A stretch of 64,000 nt of DNA. Source: an uncultured Gemmatimonadales bacterium (lineage in GTDB: Bacteria > Gemmatimonadota > Gemmatimonadetes > Gemmatimonadales > GWC2-71-9). Positions 31,847 to 42,801 of this stretch are shown here, in pieces. Location of the stretch: the NCBI GenBank assembly GCA_963739455.1, contig CAVUAK010000002.1, positions 260,054 through 324,053 of the forward strand, given 5' to 3'. Position 1 is the first letter of the stretch; each line of letters starts with the position of its first letter. Both the position numbers and the translations under genes were made by a program. A model generated the notes under the pieces. It was not told the origin of the DNA. It saw nothing but the letters and a program-made list of their open reading frames with translations, and made no database searches.

Positions 31847-32734
31847 TTACGCGCCCGTCGTCTCGCCGGCAACCGCCTCAGCCGTTTCCGGCGTGCCGTC
31901 GGTCTTCAGCCGTGCGGCAATGGCCTCCGGCTTCGGCCGGCGCTTGCGGCGCGGCCGGCGACGGCGACGCTCGGCGTCGGTGTCACCCTCACCACCGGTG
32001 TCGCTGCTGTACGTCTCGGCCTCGACATCCTCGCCCGACGTCGCGCGTCGGCGCGCTCGCACGGGCCTCGCGGATCTCGTCGCACAGCGCCTGCGTGATC
32101 AGGCCGACCGACCGGATCGCGTCGTCGTTGCCCGGCACCGGCACCGTGATGACATCGGGATCGGCGTTGGTGTCCACAATGGCCACCACCGGGATGCCGA
32201 GCTTGTTGGCCTCGCTGACCGCGATACGCTCCTTCTTCGCGTCGACCACGAAGAGGGCGCCCGGGAGCCGGCTCATGTGCTTGATGCCCTCGAGGTTGCG
32301 CGACAGCTTCACGCGCTCACGCTCGAACAGCAGCTTTTCCTTCTTGGTGTAGTTCTCGAAGTCGCCGTCCGACGCGCCCTGCTCGAGTTCACGCAACCGG
32401 CGGATCTGCTTCTTGATCGTCGCGAAGTTGGTGAGCGTGCCGCCGAGCCAGCGCTCGGTGACGTAGAACGCGCCGCAGTTGGCGGCGTCCTCTGAAGGAC
32501 ACCCTTCAGCTGCTTCTTGGTGCAGACGAAGAGCACGTTCTCGCCCTTCTGCACCACGCCACGGAGGAGCTCCTGCGCCTTGGCGATCTGGCGGAGCGTC
32601 TTCTGCAGGTCGATGATGTAGATGCCGGAACGCTCGGCGAAGATGAACCGGCGCATCTTCGGGTTCCAGCGGCGGGTCTGGTGCCCGAAATGGACACCGG
32701 CTTCGAGCAGGTCCTGGAGCTGAGGCTGCGACAT
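31847..32734 (-). CDS. rpsB: 30S ribosomal protein S2 (two frameshifts)
   Basis: [32 protein letters not shown] and PGNDDAIRS; acidic/Arg-rich tail. Confidence 0.93.
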
Positions 32735-32759
32735 GCGGAGTGGTGCGTCCTTCCTTCGT

Positions 32760-32872
32760 TGGGGTTGATCGTCCATCGCGTTCATCGGCGGCTGGATCCC
32801 TCGCCCTGGCGACCTCGCGGGCCGCAACTCGAGCTCTGGACACCCCGGCCTGCCTCCAGCGATGTGCGTGAT
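32760..32872 (-). promoter_or_regulatory. S2-binding rpsB leader (t44-like)
   Basis: Minus strand CACGCACATCGC...GCCGGGGTG...GCGATGG...AACCCC; same element order as the enterobacterial rpsB leader (GGGG/ACCCC pairing). Confidence 0.6.
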
Positions 32873-32927
32873 GCGCGGAAACCTTCCCGCGCGTCGGGCG
32901 GCCGAATAGTGGCCGCCCGAAAATCGA

Positions 32928-33333
32928 CTACCGCTTGCTGAACTGGAACCGCTTGCGGGCACCAGCGCGGCCCGGCTTCTTGCGCTCGACGGCGCGCGGA
33001 TCGCGCGTCATCAGGCCCGCGGCACGGAGCTTCGTGCGGTGCTGGCCGTCGGCCTCCACCAGCGCGCGCGCGATCGCGTGGCGCAGTGCACCGGCCTGGC
33101 CGGTCATGCCGCCGCCATTCACGATGCGCCCGCACGTCGAACGCGCCGAGCGTGTCCGTCGTGGTGAACGACTGCTGGATGTGCTGCACCAGCGAGGGCC
33201 GCGGGAAGTAGTCGCCCAGCGTGCGGCCGTTCACGTCCCACTTGCCGGTGCCCGGCGTGAGATAGACCCGGGCCACGCTCGTCTTGCGTCGGCCAACAGC
33301 CTGCCAGCGGAACTGATCGAGCGTGGCGCTCAT
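32928..33333 (-). CDS. rpsI: 30S ribosomal protein S9 (frameshift near 33130)
   Basis: [18 protein letters not shown] and [13 protein letters not shown]...QFSKR. Confidence 0.95.
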
Positions 33334-33785
33334 GCGGTCGCCTTCTTGTACGCGGTAACGGTGAACGGCTTCGGCTGCTGCGCGACGTGCGGATGCTCGG
33401 CACCAGCGTAGACCTTGAGCTTGCCCCGCATGTGCTGCTTCGCCAGCGAGTTCTTCGGCAGCATGCCGAACACGGCCTTCTCGATGACGCGGTCCGGATG
33501 CGTGTCCATCATGTCACGCGCCACCGTGTGGCTCTCGTGACCCATGTACCCGGTGTGCTTGAAGTACGTCTTCTGGGTCAGCTTGCGGCCGGTGAACTTC
33601 ACCTTGGCCGCATTGAGCACGATGACGAAGTCGCCACCGTCCATGTGCGGCGTGAACGTCGGCTTGTGCTTGCCGCGAATCAGCTGCGCCACGACGCTGG
33701 CGAGTCGGCCGAGGGGAACGCCCGCGGCGTCAACCACATGCCAGTCGTGCGAGATGTCGCTTGGCGTGGCGGAAAAGGTCTTCAT
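33330..33785 (-). CDS. rplM: 50S ribosomal protein L13
   Basis: WHVVDA..LGRLAS, GKHKP, GMLPKN and HPHVAQQP motifs. Confidence 0.97.
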   Translation of the reverse strand: MKTFSATPSDISHDWHVVDAAGVPLGRLASVVAQLIRGKHKPTFTPHMDGGDFVIVLNAAKVKFTGRKLTQKTYFKHTGYMGHESHTVARDMMDTHPDRVIEKAVFGMLPKNSLAKQHMRGKLKVYAGAEHPHVAQQPKPFTVTAYKKATA

Positions 33786-33837
33786 TGTCCACTACTCTCG
33801 AGAGTCTGGTAATCGAGCCAAATCAAGACAGACTCAC

Positions 33838-33867
33838 AAGATACCTCGAAATCAGAGCTCGGGTCAA
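33838..33867 (-). promoter_or_regulatory. sigma70-like promoter of rplM-rpsI
   Basis: Minus strand TTGACC-18 nt-TATCTT; the -35 overlaps the BCCP stop codon. Confidence 0.55.
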
Positions 33868-34377
33868 GCCCCGGGCACGGGGCCCAATTGGAGGAGGACC
33901 TGCCCCTTCTCGACCGCCTGACCCGGCTGGACCGGAATGGCCGTCACTACCCCCGGCGCGGACGCCTTGATCTCGTTTTCCATCTTCATCGCCTCGAGCA
34001 CCAGGACCCCCTGCCCCGGCGCCACCGGTCTGCCCCACCGTCGCCAGGATCCGGAGCACCAGGCCCGGCATCGGCGCCCGGATGACACCCCCCTGAGAGG
34101 GCGCTTCGGCCTGCCGGACCAGGCCCTGAATGTGGCGCGCCCGCTCATCCAGCACCGTCGCGTCGGTCCGCTCCCCCCAGGCCGTCACCGACCAGCGCCC
34201 GGCTCCCAGGCGCTCGAGCGGCACCAGCAGGGCCCGGCCATCGATCGTGACCTGGCGCAGCGGAGTTCCCGGGATGGCCGACTGGCGCACTGCGACCGTC
34301 CGTCCGTCTACCGTGACCCGCTCACCGTCGATGACCACCTCGAGCTCCCGGCCGCCAATCGTCACGAAGTACTTCAT
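33864..34377 (-). CDS. biotin carboxyl carrier protein (frameshift near 34035)
   Basis: MKYFVTIG...APMPG; biotinylation motif EAMKM in the shifted frame. Confidence 0.85.
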
Positions 34378-35609
34378 GCGCGTTCCAGGACGGCGACGGT
34401 TTCGACGTGCGCCGTCTGGGGAAAGAGGTCGAAGGCCCTGGAGGTCGGTGAGCCGCCAGCCCTCGCCCAGGCCCCGGAGATCGCGCCCGAGCGTGGCCGG
34501 ATCGCAGGAGACGTAGACGAGGCGACGCGCGGACGAGGCGCCGATCGCCTGCACGACGCGCGCATCCATGCCGGTCCGCGGCGGGTTGGTGATCACGAAA
34601 TCGGGCGGTCGCATCGTGTCGATGACATTCTCCACCTTCGCGGCGTGCGCACGCAGGTCACCCCGTCGCCCCGCTCGACTCGGCGAGACGAACCGCCCTC
34701 GACGTCCGACTCGACGCTCTCGACTCGCGCGCCGCGCTCCAGCAGCATCCGGCTGGTCTCGCCGATACCGGCGTAGAGGTCCCATCCTGCCTGATCGCGC
34801 ACGTCCCCCAGCGCATTCACCGCCCACGCGCGAACGCGGTCGCCCATCGACGGATTCACCTGCTCGAACACCGTCGCCGGAAAAGCCACGCTCTCGCCCA
34901 CGACGCGGGCCGCACCCTCGGGTGGCTGCCACCAGACCGTGACATTGGGCAACCGCGCCCGCAACGTGTCCACCAGCCGCCTGGCGTCGGGCCAGGCGGG
35001 GTCACGCCACGCACCATGACGTGCCGGGCCCCACCGCGCTCGAGCCGGAGCGTCAGGGAGTCGAACCGGGCCGGGAGCAACCGGCGCAACAGGCGCACGA
35101 CACTCCACAGCTCCTGCACCGACGGTTCCGTGATGTGACAGGTCTCGAGGTCGAAGATCTCGCCCGGCTGACCAAGTCGGTGGAAGCCGATGCGACGACC
35201 ATCGGCGACTCTGGTGCAGCGTGATGCGCGCGCGATACCCCCAGTCGCTGGCCGCCGGTTCCAGCGACGGGTCCGCCACCTCGAGGCGACCGACCCGGCG
35301 CAGGGCATCGCCCACGATGGCGCGACGCGCCTGGCGCTGCGCTTCAGGCCCGAGATGCTGGAGCTGGCACCCGCCGCAGCGATCGCGCTCATAGTGCGGA
35401 CAGCGCGGCGCCACGCGACCGGGTCCCGGCTCCACGATCCGGCCGATGCGGGCCCGCGCGAAGGAGCGCTGCCGCGTCACCTGCGCGAGTTCAAGGAGGT
35501 CACCCGGCGCACTGCGCGGCACGAACACCGCCCGCCCATCCTGGAGGTGACCGATGCCGTCGCCACCGGCCGCGATCCGCTCGATGCGCACCGACTCGAC
35601 GGCGCCATC
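34374..35609 (-). CDS. RlmD/TrmA-family RNA m5U methyltransferase (several frameshifts)
   Basis: TRAM-like N-terminus (IAAGGDG..VFV..PGD); CPHY..CGGCQLQH; FEQVN; DLYAG; NPPRTG; YVSCDPATL.RD; DLFPQTAHVE; start uncertain. Confidence 0.8.
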
Positions 35610-35629
35610 GTCCGGCGCCGCGCCGCGCG

Positions 35630-37125
35630 TCAGCGGACGCTGGTCGCGTCTGGCGGCGTCGAGCCATGCGCTGCGCTGCGTCGCGACGTCCGCCGCCGCC
35701 GGGGCCCGACTCTCGCGAGCCTCGTCCTCGGCCACGGCGATTGCGACCGCGAGATCGGCGACGAGGTCACCATCCGCTGACGCCGCCAGCAGGTCCGGCC
35801 GGCGTTCCAGCAACTGAATGTCGAACTGGCCCTCGCGGAAGGCATCATCGGCCATCAGGCGCCGATGGAACGACTGGTTCGTCGCCACACCGGCGATGAG
35901 CAGCTCATCGAGCGCGCGCCCCATGCGCGCGATCGCATCCGCCCGGTTCGGCGCCCACACAATCAGCTTGGCGAGAAGCGAGTCGTAGTAGAGCGTCACC
36001 TCGTTGCCGACCTCGACGCCCGAGTCCCAGCGAACCCCCGGTCCGCCGGGGACCCGGAGGGCCGTGATGCGGCCCGTCGACGGGAGAAATCCCGTCGCCG
36101 GATCCTCGCTCGTGATGCGGCACTCGATCGCCCAGCCGCGCGGATGCAGGTAGGTGCTCGGCACCGCCATCGGGAGACCCTGCGCAATGCGAAGCTGTTC
36201 CCGCACCAGGTCGACACCGAAGACCAGTTCGGTGACCGGATGCTCCACCTGGATGCGCGTGTTCATCTCCAGGAAGTAGAACGAACCACCCGGGCGCGAG
36301 CAGGAATTCCACCGTGCCGGCACCGCGATATCCCACCGCCTCGGCGGCGGAGACGGCGGCCTGGCCCATCCACTCGCGCAGCTCCGAGGAGACCGCCACC
36401 GACGGCGCCTCCTCGACGAGCTTCTGGTGCCGACGCTGGATGGAGCACTCGCGTTCACCGAGGTGCACCGTCCGGGCCTCGTCGGCCAGCACCTGGATCT
36501 CGATGTGCCGCGGCCGCTCGATGTACTTCTCGAGATAGACACGCGGATCGCCGAACGCCTTCTCCGCCTCCGAGGCCGCAGTCTCCAGTGCCGCGCGCAA
36601 CTCACCTGGTGCGCGCACCACGCGCATGCCGCGCCCACCGCCACCCGCCGAAGCCTTCACCATCAGCGGGAACCCGATTTCCTCGGCCACCAGCCGCGCG
36701 CTCTTGAGGTCGGCGACCGGGGTGACGGCTCCCGGCACCACCGGCACGTTGGCGAGCTGCATCCGTCGGCGCGCCTCGGTCTTGTCGCCCATGGCGCGGA
36801 TGGCGTCAGCCGGCGGCCCGATCCATGTCAGGCCGGCGCCGGTCACGGCATCGGCGAACGTCGCCCGCTCCGCGAGGAATCCGTACCCGGGATGGATCGC
36901 ATCAGCGCCACTCGAAGCCGCCGCCTCGAGCAGGCGCGCCACATTGAGGTAGCTCTCGGATGCGGGCGAGGCGCCGATATGGATGGCGCGATCGGCCGCC
37001 TGCACATGAGGACTCGTGCGGTCGGCGTCCGAGTACACGGCGACGGCCTCGATGCCATCCTCGTGACAGGCGCGCACGATCCGCAGGGCGATCTCCCCGC
37101 GGTTCGCAACCAGGACTCTTTTCAC
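35630..37125 (-). CDS. biotin carboxylase subunit of acyl-CoA carboxylase (AccC/PccA-like; frameshifts)
   Basis: VANRGEIA, HPGYGFLAE, GGGGRGMR, ERECSIQRRHQK, EMNTRIQVEH and YDSLLAK motifs. Confidence 0.9.
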
Positions 37126-37141
37126 GATGGCTTGGGCGTCG

Positions 37142-38113
37142 TCAGGGGCGACAGGCGGCCGGCGGGGAGTTTGCGAAGACGGGCTGGAGCACGGGGCACA
37201 GGAGCACGTTGTAGCGGGAAGCCCCGTCATAGACTTCGCGCACGTCGGCAACCCACGCGGATGCGTCGCCCTTGCTGGCCTCGAGTACGGCGGTAAAGGC
37301 GAGCGCATCGCCAGCCGGGGCGTCGTCGCGATTCACCCGCACGAGGCGGCTCGCGTGCCAGGGCATGTCGGGAATGGCCGCCGCGTCGGTGGCCGGGGCA
37401 ATGCAGATCGGGCGCCGACTCGCAGCATCGGCAAGCGCGCTCCGCAGAGACAGCGCGGGATCGACCTGCAGCAGTTCCGCCGCGCGCTTGCGATACACCG
37501 CGTCGGAGACGTACAGGTCGGGACGAATCGGGACCACATCGGCGCGCTCGCGGGACGAAAGCGCTGCCTGCCATACCGCTACGGCTTCGATATCGCCCCC
37601 GGTAACCAGCACGCCACCGGAGGGACAGGAGCGGAGCAGGTTCTGCCCCAGTTCGGCGAGCTCAGGCGGAAGCTGCGTGTGTGACACACGCTGCCACTGG
37701 GCACGGGCGGTGGCCCATCCCAACACCTCGAAGACAACGAGCGCGCGGTCGATCTCCACCTCGGTGTGCAGCACGGAACTCGAGTCGGGCACCAGCCGCT
37801 CCGCCTGGTCGAATGCCGCCTGTGCAAAATCGAGCAGCAGCGCACCATCAGGTTCACCCTGATGCCGAGCGTGCCATTCACTGATTTCGATGAGGTAGAG
37901 ACGACCGAGTTGCAGCCAGGCATGACCATCGTCGGGCGCCACGGCGAGGTAGCGGCCCAGCATGTCGGTGGCCACGCTCCGCTCGCCCTGGCGTACCAAC
38001 TCGGCCGCGCGTACTGGCATTCGCGGGTCGATGGCGCCTTGTGCCGCAAGCAGCGTAGGAACACCCGACAGGCAGAAACCGAGCAGGAGTCGGCTCGTTA
38101 CAAGTCGAGGCAT
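37142..38113 (-). CDS. exported hypothetical protein with N-terminal TPR-like repeat
   Basis: Signal peptide (LLAAQ); PDDGHAWLQLGRLY TPR-like helix; sits inside the pccB-accC cluster. Confidence 0.6.
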   Translation of the reverse strand: MPRLVTSRLLLGFCLSGVPTLLAAQGAIDPRMPVRAAELVRQGERSVATDMLGRYLAVAPDDGHAWLQLGRLYLIEISEWHARHQGEPDGALLLDFAQAAFDQAERLVPDSSSVLHTEVEIDRALVVFEVLGWATARAQWQRVSHTQLPPELAELGQNLLRSCPSGGVLVTGGDIEAVAVWQAALSSRERADVVPIRPDLYVSDAVYRKRAAELLQVDPALSLRSALADAASRRPICIAPATDAAAIPDMPWHASRLVRVNRDDAPAGDALAFTAVLEASKGDASAWVADVREVYDGASRYNVLLCPVLQPVFANSPPAACRP

Positions 38114-38181
38114 CGCTTGAAGATGGCCTCCGGACCGCCGGGGTGCAAGGCTCGGCGGTTACCGCCTCCGGCCGAGGGGCG

Positions 38182-39736
38182 CTAGAGGGGGATGTTTCCG
38201 TGCTTCCGGGACGGGTTCCGGTCCCGCTTTGTACGCAGGGTCTGGAGCGCCTCGATGAGGCGGGCGCGGGTCTCCCGGGGGTCGATCACGTCGTCCACGT
38301 AGCCCCGGGCAGCGGCAGCATAGGGGTGCGCAAACCGGGCCTGATACTCCTCGCGTGAAGCGCGCCAGGGCGGCTGCGGGATCGGCCGCCTTGGCGATCT
38401 CGTCCCGGAAAAGGATCTCGACCGCGCCCTTGGCCCCCATCACCGCGATCTCGGCAGTGGGCCAGGCGAGGTTCAGGTCGCCCCGGATGTGCTTCGAGCT
38501 CATCACGTCGTACGCACCGCCGTAGGCCTTCCGGGTGATGACCGTCAGCTTCGGCACCGTGGCTTCGCAGTAGGCATAGAGCAGCTTGGCACCGTGGCGG
38601 ATGATGCCGCCATGCTCCTGTGCGACGCCGGGCAGGAACCCGGGCACGTCCACGAAGGTGACGATCGGGATGTTGAAGCAGTCGCAGAAGCGGATGAAGC
38701 GCGCCGCCTTTGAGCTGGCGTTGATGTCGAGGACACCGGCGAGCACGGCCGGCTGGTTGGCGACGACGCCGACCGGACGCCCACCCAGCCGCGCGAAGCC
38801 GACGACGATGTTGTCGGCGAATCCCTTGTGCACCTCGAGGAAGTTTCCCTCGTCGGCGATGCGGTGAACCACGTCCAGCATGTCATACGGGCGCGTGGCA
38901 CTGTCCGGGACGGCATCGAGCAGCGCCTCGTCGGCGCGGTCAGCCGGGTCGTCGGTGCCGCGCACCGGGGGATCATCGAGGTTGTTCGCCGGAAGGAAGC
39001 CGACGAGCTCGCGCACCGCACCCAGGCAGGCAGGCTCGGAGTCGAAGCTGAAGTGGGAGACACCGGACACGGTGCCATGGACGTCGGCACCGCCGAGGTC
39101 GTTGAAGGTCACGTCCTCGTGCGTCACCGTCTTCACGACGTTGGGCCCGGTGACGAACATGTAGCTCACGTCGCGCACCATGAACACGAAATCGGTGATG
39201 GCGGGACTGTACACGGCACCACCGGCGCAGGGCCCGAGGATGACGGAGATCTGTGGCACCACGCCCGATGCGAGCGTGTTGCGCAGGAAGATCTCGGCAT
39301 AACCGCCGAGCGAGACGACGCCCTCCTGGATCCGCGCGCCGCCGGAATCGTTCAGCCCGATGATCGGCGCGCCATTCCGCACCGCGAGGTCCATCACCTT
39401 GCAGATCTTCTCGGCGTGTGCCTCGGAGAGCGAGCCGCCAAAGACCGTGAAGTCCTGCGAGTAGACGTAGACGAGCCGCCCGTCGATGCGGCCCCACCCG
39501 GCCACGACACCGTCCCCGGGGTAGACCTGCTCCGCCAGACCGAAATCAGTCGACCGGTGGGTCACGAAGCGATCGAGTTCCGTGAAGGTGCCCGGATCAA
39601 GCAGCAGGTCGAGCCGCTCCCGCGCCGTGAGCTTGCCCTTCTTGTGCTGCTGCGCCACGCGCGCCGGCCCCCCGCCCTGCTCGGCGGCGGCGCGGCGATG
39701 GTGCAGGTCGTCGAGAAGGTCGCGAGGTGAGGGCAT
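38182..39736 (-). CDS. pccB: acyl-CoA (propionyl-CoA) carboxylase beta subunit (frameshift near 38355)
   Basis: [33 protein letters not shown] and RKAYGGAY; C-terminal KHGNIPL* in the shifted frame. Confidence 0.9.
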
Positions 39737-39940
39737 TGGGGAGGGGACGGGGGAAAGGTGAGTGCCGGAAGCGGAAGTTACTCCCCCCGGCGAGTTCCTC
39801 AAGACGCTCAAGGACTTCCCGCCTCGACCGAAGCCGACCAGTTTCAGCATCAGAAGCGCACCGCATCTGGCAACCCGGCATCGCATCAGATGGCATCAGC
39901 CGCGAGCAAGGAGCGAATAGACGTGACAGGTTCGAACCTG

Positions 39941-40882
39941 ATGAACGACGCGCCCCCGGCGCCGGGCATGAACTGGGTCCCCGGTGGCACGTTCCGCATG
40001 GGGTCGGATGCCCACTACCCGGAGGAGCGGCCTGCGCATCCGGCGTCGGTGGATGGATTCTGGATCGACGAGCGTCCGGTGACCAACGCGCTCTTCCGGG
40101 CATTCGTGGAAGCGACCGGGCACGTCACGTCGGCGGAGGTCGTGCCCGACCCTGCCGACTATCCCGGTGCACTGCCGGAGATGCTGTACGCCGGGTCGAT
40201 GGTCTTTATCCGGCCTCCCACGAAGGTGGACCGGCGCAACATCGGCAACTGGTGGCACTTCCTGAAGGGAGCCAACTGGCGCGAGCCGCAGGGACCGGGA
40301 AGCTCTATCGAGGGGAAGGATCAGCACCCCGTGGTGCACGTGGCGTTCGCCGACGCAGAGGCCTTCGCGCGCTGGGCGGGCAAGGAGTTGCCGACGGAGG
40401 CGGAGTGGGAATTCGCGGCGCGAGGTGGCCTCGACGGTGCCGCCTACGCCTGGGGTGACGAGTTCATGCCGGGCGGGCGCTACATGGCCAATACCTGGCA
40501 GGGCGAGTTTCCCTGGGAAGCCCTCGGGAGCGATGGGTTCGAGGGTACCTCTCCGATAGGCGCATTCGACCCGAATGGCTACGGGCTGTACGACATGATC
40601 GGCAACGTATGGGAGTGGACCACGGACTGGTACTCGACCCGGCATCCTGAGGCGCCAGGCCATGCGTGCTGCGCGCCGCGGAACCCTCGAGGCGGTCCAG
40701 TGGAGGAGAGCCTCGACCCGAACCTGCCGGCCATCAAGATCCCTCGCAAGGTGATCAAGGGTGGCTCGCACCTCTGCGCGCCGAACTACTGCCGCCGCTA
40801 CAGGCCGGCCGCGCGCTTCCCCGAGCCGGTCGACACCTCCACCAGCCACCTCGGCTTTCGGTGCATCGTGCGACCGGCCTGA
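39941..40882 (+). CDS. formylglycine-generating enzyme family protein (SUMF1/FGE)
   Basis: FRMGS..YPEE, HPVVHV, LPTEAEWEFAARGG, NGYGLYDMIGNVWEW and KGGSHLCAPNYCRRYRPAAR with the catalytic Cys pair; start may be GTG 39923. Confidence 0.92.
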   Translation: MNDAPPAPGMNWVPGGTFRMGSDAHYPEERPAHPASVDGFWIDERPVTNALFRAFVEATGHVTSAEVVPDPADYPGALPEMLYAGSMVFIRPPTKVDRRNIGNWWHFLKGANWREPQGPGSSIEGKDQHPVVHVAFADAEAFARWAGKELPTEAEWEFAARGGLDGAAYAWGDEFMPGGRYMANTWQGEFPWEALGSDGFEGTSPIGAFDPNGYGLYDMIGNVWEWTTDWYSTRHPEAPGHACCAPRNPRGGPVEESLDPNLPAIKIPRKVIKGGSHLCAPNYCRRYRPAARFPEPVDTSTSHLGFRCIVRPA

Positions 40883-40888
40883 AACGGA

Positions 40889-40921
40889 AGCGGGAGGCCC
40901 CCATTCTGGGAACCTCCCGCT
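40889..40921 (-). terminator. terminator between convergent rpsA and FGE genes
   Basis: AGCGGGAGG...CCTCCCGCT stem followed by TCCGTTTC on the minus strand. Confidence 0.55.
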
Positions 40922-40950
40922 CACCGCTCACCGCGTACGCGGTAGCAGTC

Positions 40951-42657
40951 CTACATCTCGTCTGGCGGGATCTCGAGCTTCGGCACGGTGATCCACTCGC
41001 CCTCGGGATACCCGATCGCCGCGAGCACGATGCGGTGATGAATCGGGTCCACCTCGAGCACCTTCAGGTCCACCGGCTGGCCTTCCTTCACGGCATCGCC
41101 CGGGTTCTCGAGATCGGGAACGCCGAGCTGCGAGATAGGGACGAAGCCTTCGATGTCATTGCCGCAGTCCACGACGACGCCCTTGTCCATGAGGCGGACG
41201 ACGTGACCCTTGAGCTCCATGCCGATCGGGTAGGTCTCGCCGATCTTGAGCCACGGATCCTCTTCCGCCTGCTTGAGGCCGAGGGAAATCCGCTTGTTGT
41301 CGGCGTCGATGTTCAGGATCACGACGTCGACTGCGTCGCCCTTCTTCACCACTTCCGACGGGTGCTGGACCCGCTTGGTCCATGACATGTCGGAGATGTG
41401 GATCAGGCCGTCGATGCCCGGCTCGATTTCCACGAAGGCACCGAAGCTGGTGAGGTTCCGCACCTTGCCGGCGATGCGCGTGCCGACCGGGTACTTGAGC
41501 GGCAGCACCATCCACGGATCCTGCTCGGTCTGCTTCATGCCGAGGGAGATCTTCTCCTCGGTCTCGTCGACCTTGAGCACCACTGCCTCGATCGTCTCGC
41601 CGATGCTGACGATCTTCGACGGATGGCGCACGTTCCGCGTCCAGCTCATCTCGGAGATGTGCACCAGGCCCTCGATGCCGGGCTCGAGCTCGACGAACGC
41701 GCCGTAGTTGGTGATGGAAACCACCTTGCCCTGCACGCGCGTGCCGACCGGGTACTTCGCCGCGACGTTCTGCCACGGGTAGTTCTGCAGCTGCTTCATG
41801 CCGAGCGAGATCCGCTCACGCTGCCAGTCGATGTCGAGCACCTTGACCTCGACCTCGTGGCCGATCTGCACCATCTCGGTCGGGTGCGATACGCGGCCGT
41901 ATGACATGTCGGTGATGTGGAGCAGGCCGTCGACGCCGCCGAGATCGATGAATGCACCGAAATCGGTGATGTTCTTGACGATGCCCTTCCGCACCTGCGC
42001 CACCGCCAGCTCCTTCATCAGGAACTCGCGCTTGTGCGCCCGCTCGTTCTCCAGGATGACACGGCGGCTGACGACGATGTTCCGCCGGCGCTTGTTGAGC
42101 TTGATGATCTTGAACTCGAACGACTGCCCGAGCAGGTCGTCGATGTTCGGCACCCGGCGAAGCGCGATCTGGCTGCCGGGGAGGAACGCGTCGACGCCCA
42201 TGAGGTCGACCACGACGCCGCCCTTGATCTTCTTCTTGAGCGAACCCTGCACCGGCTGGTCGCTCTCGTAGGCCACGCGGATCTTCTCCCACACGCGCAT
42301 GAAGTCGGCCTTCTTCTTGGAGAGCACGACCGCGCCCTCCGCATCCTCGAGGTGCTCGAGGAACACTTCGACTTCATCGCCTTCCTTCAGGTCCTGCGGA
42401 TTGTTGAACTCGTCCAGCGGCACCGAGCCTTCCGACTTGAAGCCGACGTCCAGGATGACGGCATTGTCGGTGACGCGGAGGACCTTCGACTTGACGATCT
42501 CGCCCTCGACGATGGACGCCATGGTCCCCTCGTACAGGGACAGCATCGTCTCGTAGTCGGAGTCGGAATACTCCTCGTCGTAGAGGTCCTGGCGGACGCG
42601 AAGTCCGGTCGGCGTGGCGAACTGCTTGAGGTCGGTGGTGGTGTCCTGGTCAATCAT
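40951..42657 (-). CDS. rpsA: 30S ribosomal protein S1
   Basis: DVGFKSEG, AFLPGSQ, DGLLHITDMS and EGLVHISEMSW; six S1 repeats. Confidence 0.97.
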   Translation of the reverse strand: MIDQDTTTDLKQFATPTGLRVRQDLYDEEYSDSDYETMLSLYEGTMASIVEGEIVKSKVLRVTDNAVILDVGFKSEGSVPLDEFNNPQDLKEGDEVEVFLEHLEDAEGAVVLSKKKADFMRVWEKIRVAYESDQPVQGSLKKKIKGGVVVDLMGVDAFLPGSQIALRRVPNIDDLLGQSFEFKIIKLNKRRRNIVVSRRVILENERAHKREFLMKELAVAQVRKGIVKNITDFGAFIDLGGVDGLLHITDMSYGRVSHPTEMVQIGHEVEVKVLDIDWQRERISLGMKQLQNYPWQNVAAKYPVGTRVQGKVVSITNYGAFVELEPGIEGLVHISEMSWTRNVRHPSKIVSIGETIEAVVLKVDETEEKISLGMKQTEQDPWMVLPLKYPVGTRIAGKVRNLTSFGAFVEIEPGIDGLIHISDMSWTKRVQHPSEVVKKGDAVDVVILNIDADNKRISLGLKQAEEDPWLKIGETYPIGMELKGHVVRLMDKGVVVDCGNDIEGFVPISQLGVPDLENPGDAVKEGQPVDLKVLEVDPIHHRIVLAAIGYPEGEWITVPKLEIPPDEM

Positions 42658-42801
42658 TGCGGATTCAGTTCCTTGCTGTCGTCCGCGGCACCCCGGGAGG
42701 GCGGGCGCAACGGGCTGGGGTGAAAAAGGCCCTGAACGCGGAAGTGCGCCCAGAGCCCTAGAAGCTACCAGCGTTTCAGCCCGTTCGGAAGCCACCTGAT
42801 G

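Noticed and set aside
32894-32920. 10-bp hairpin after rpsI as an intrinsic terminator
   Set aside because: The stem is real but there is no U-tract on the transcribed strand, so it was not called a terminator
34593-36644. 683-aa ORF that looks like a biotin carboxylase-RlmD fusion
   Set aside because: Mosaic of frames caused by indels; a plausible carboxylase stop lies at 35630 in the adjacent frame
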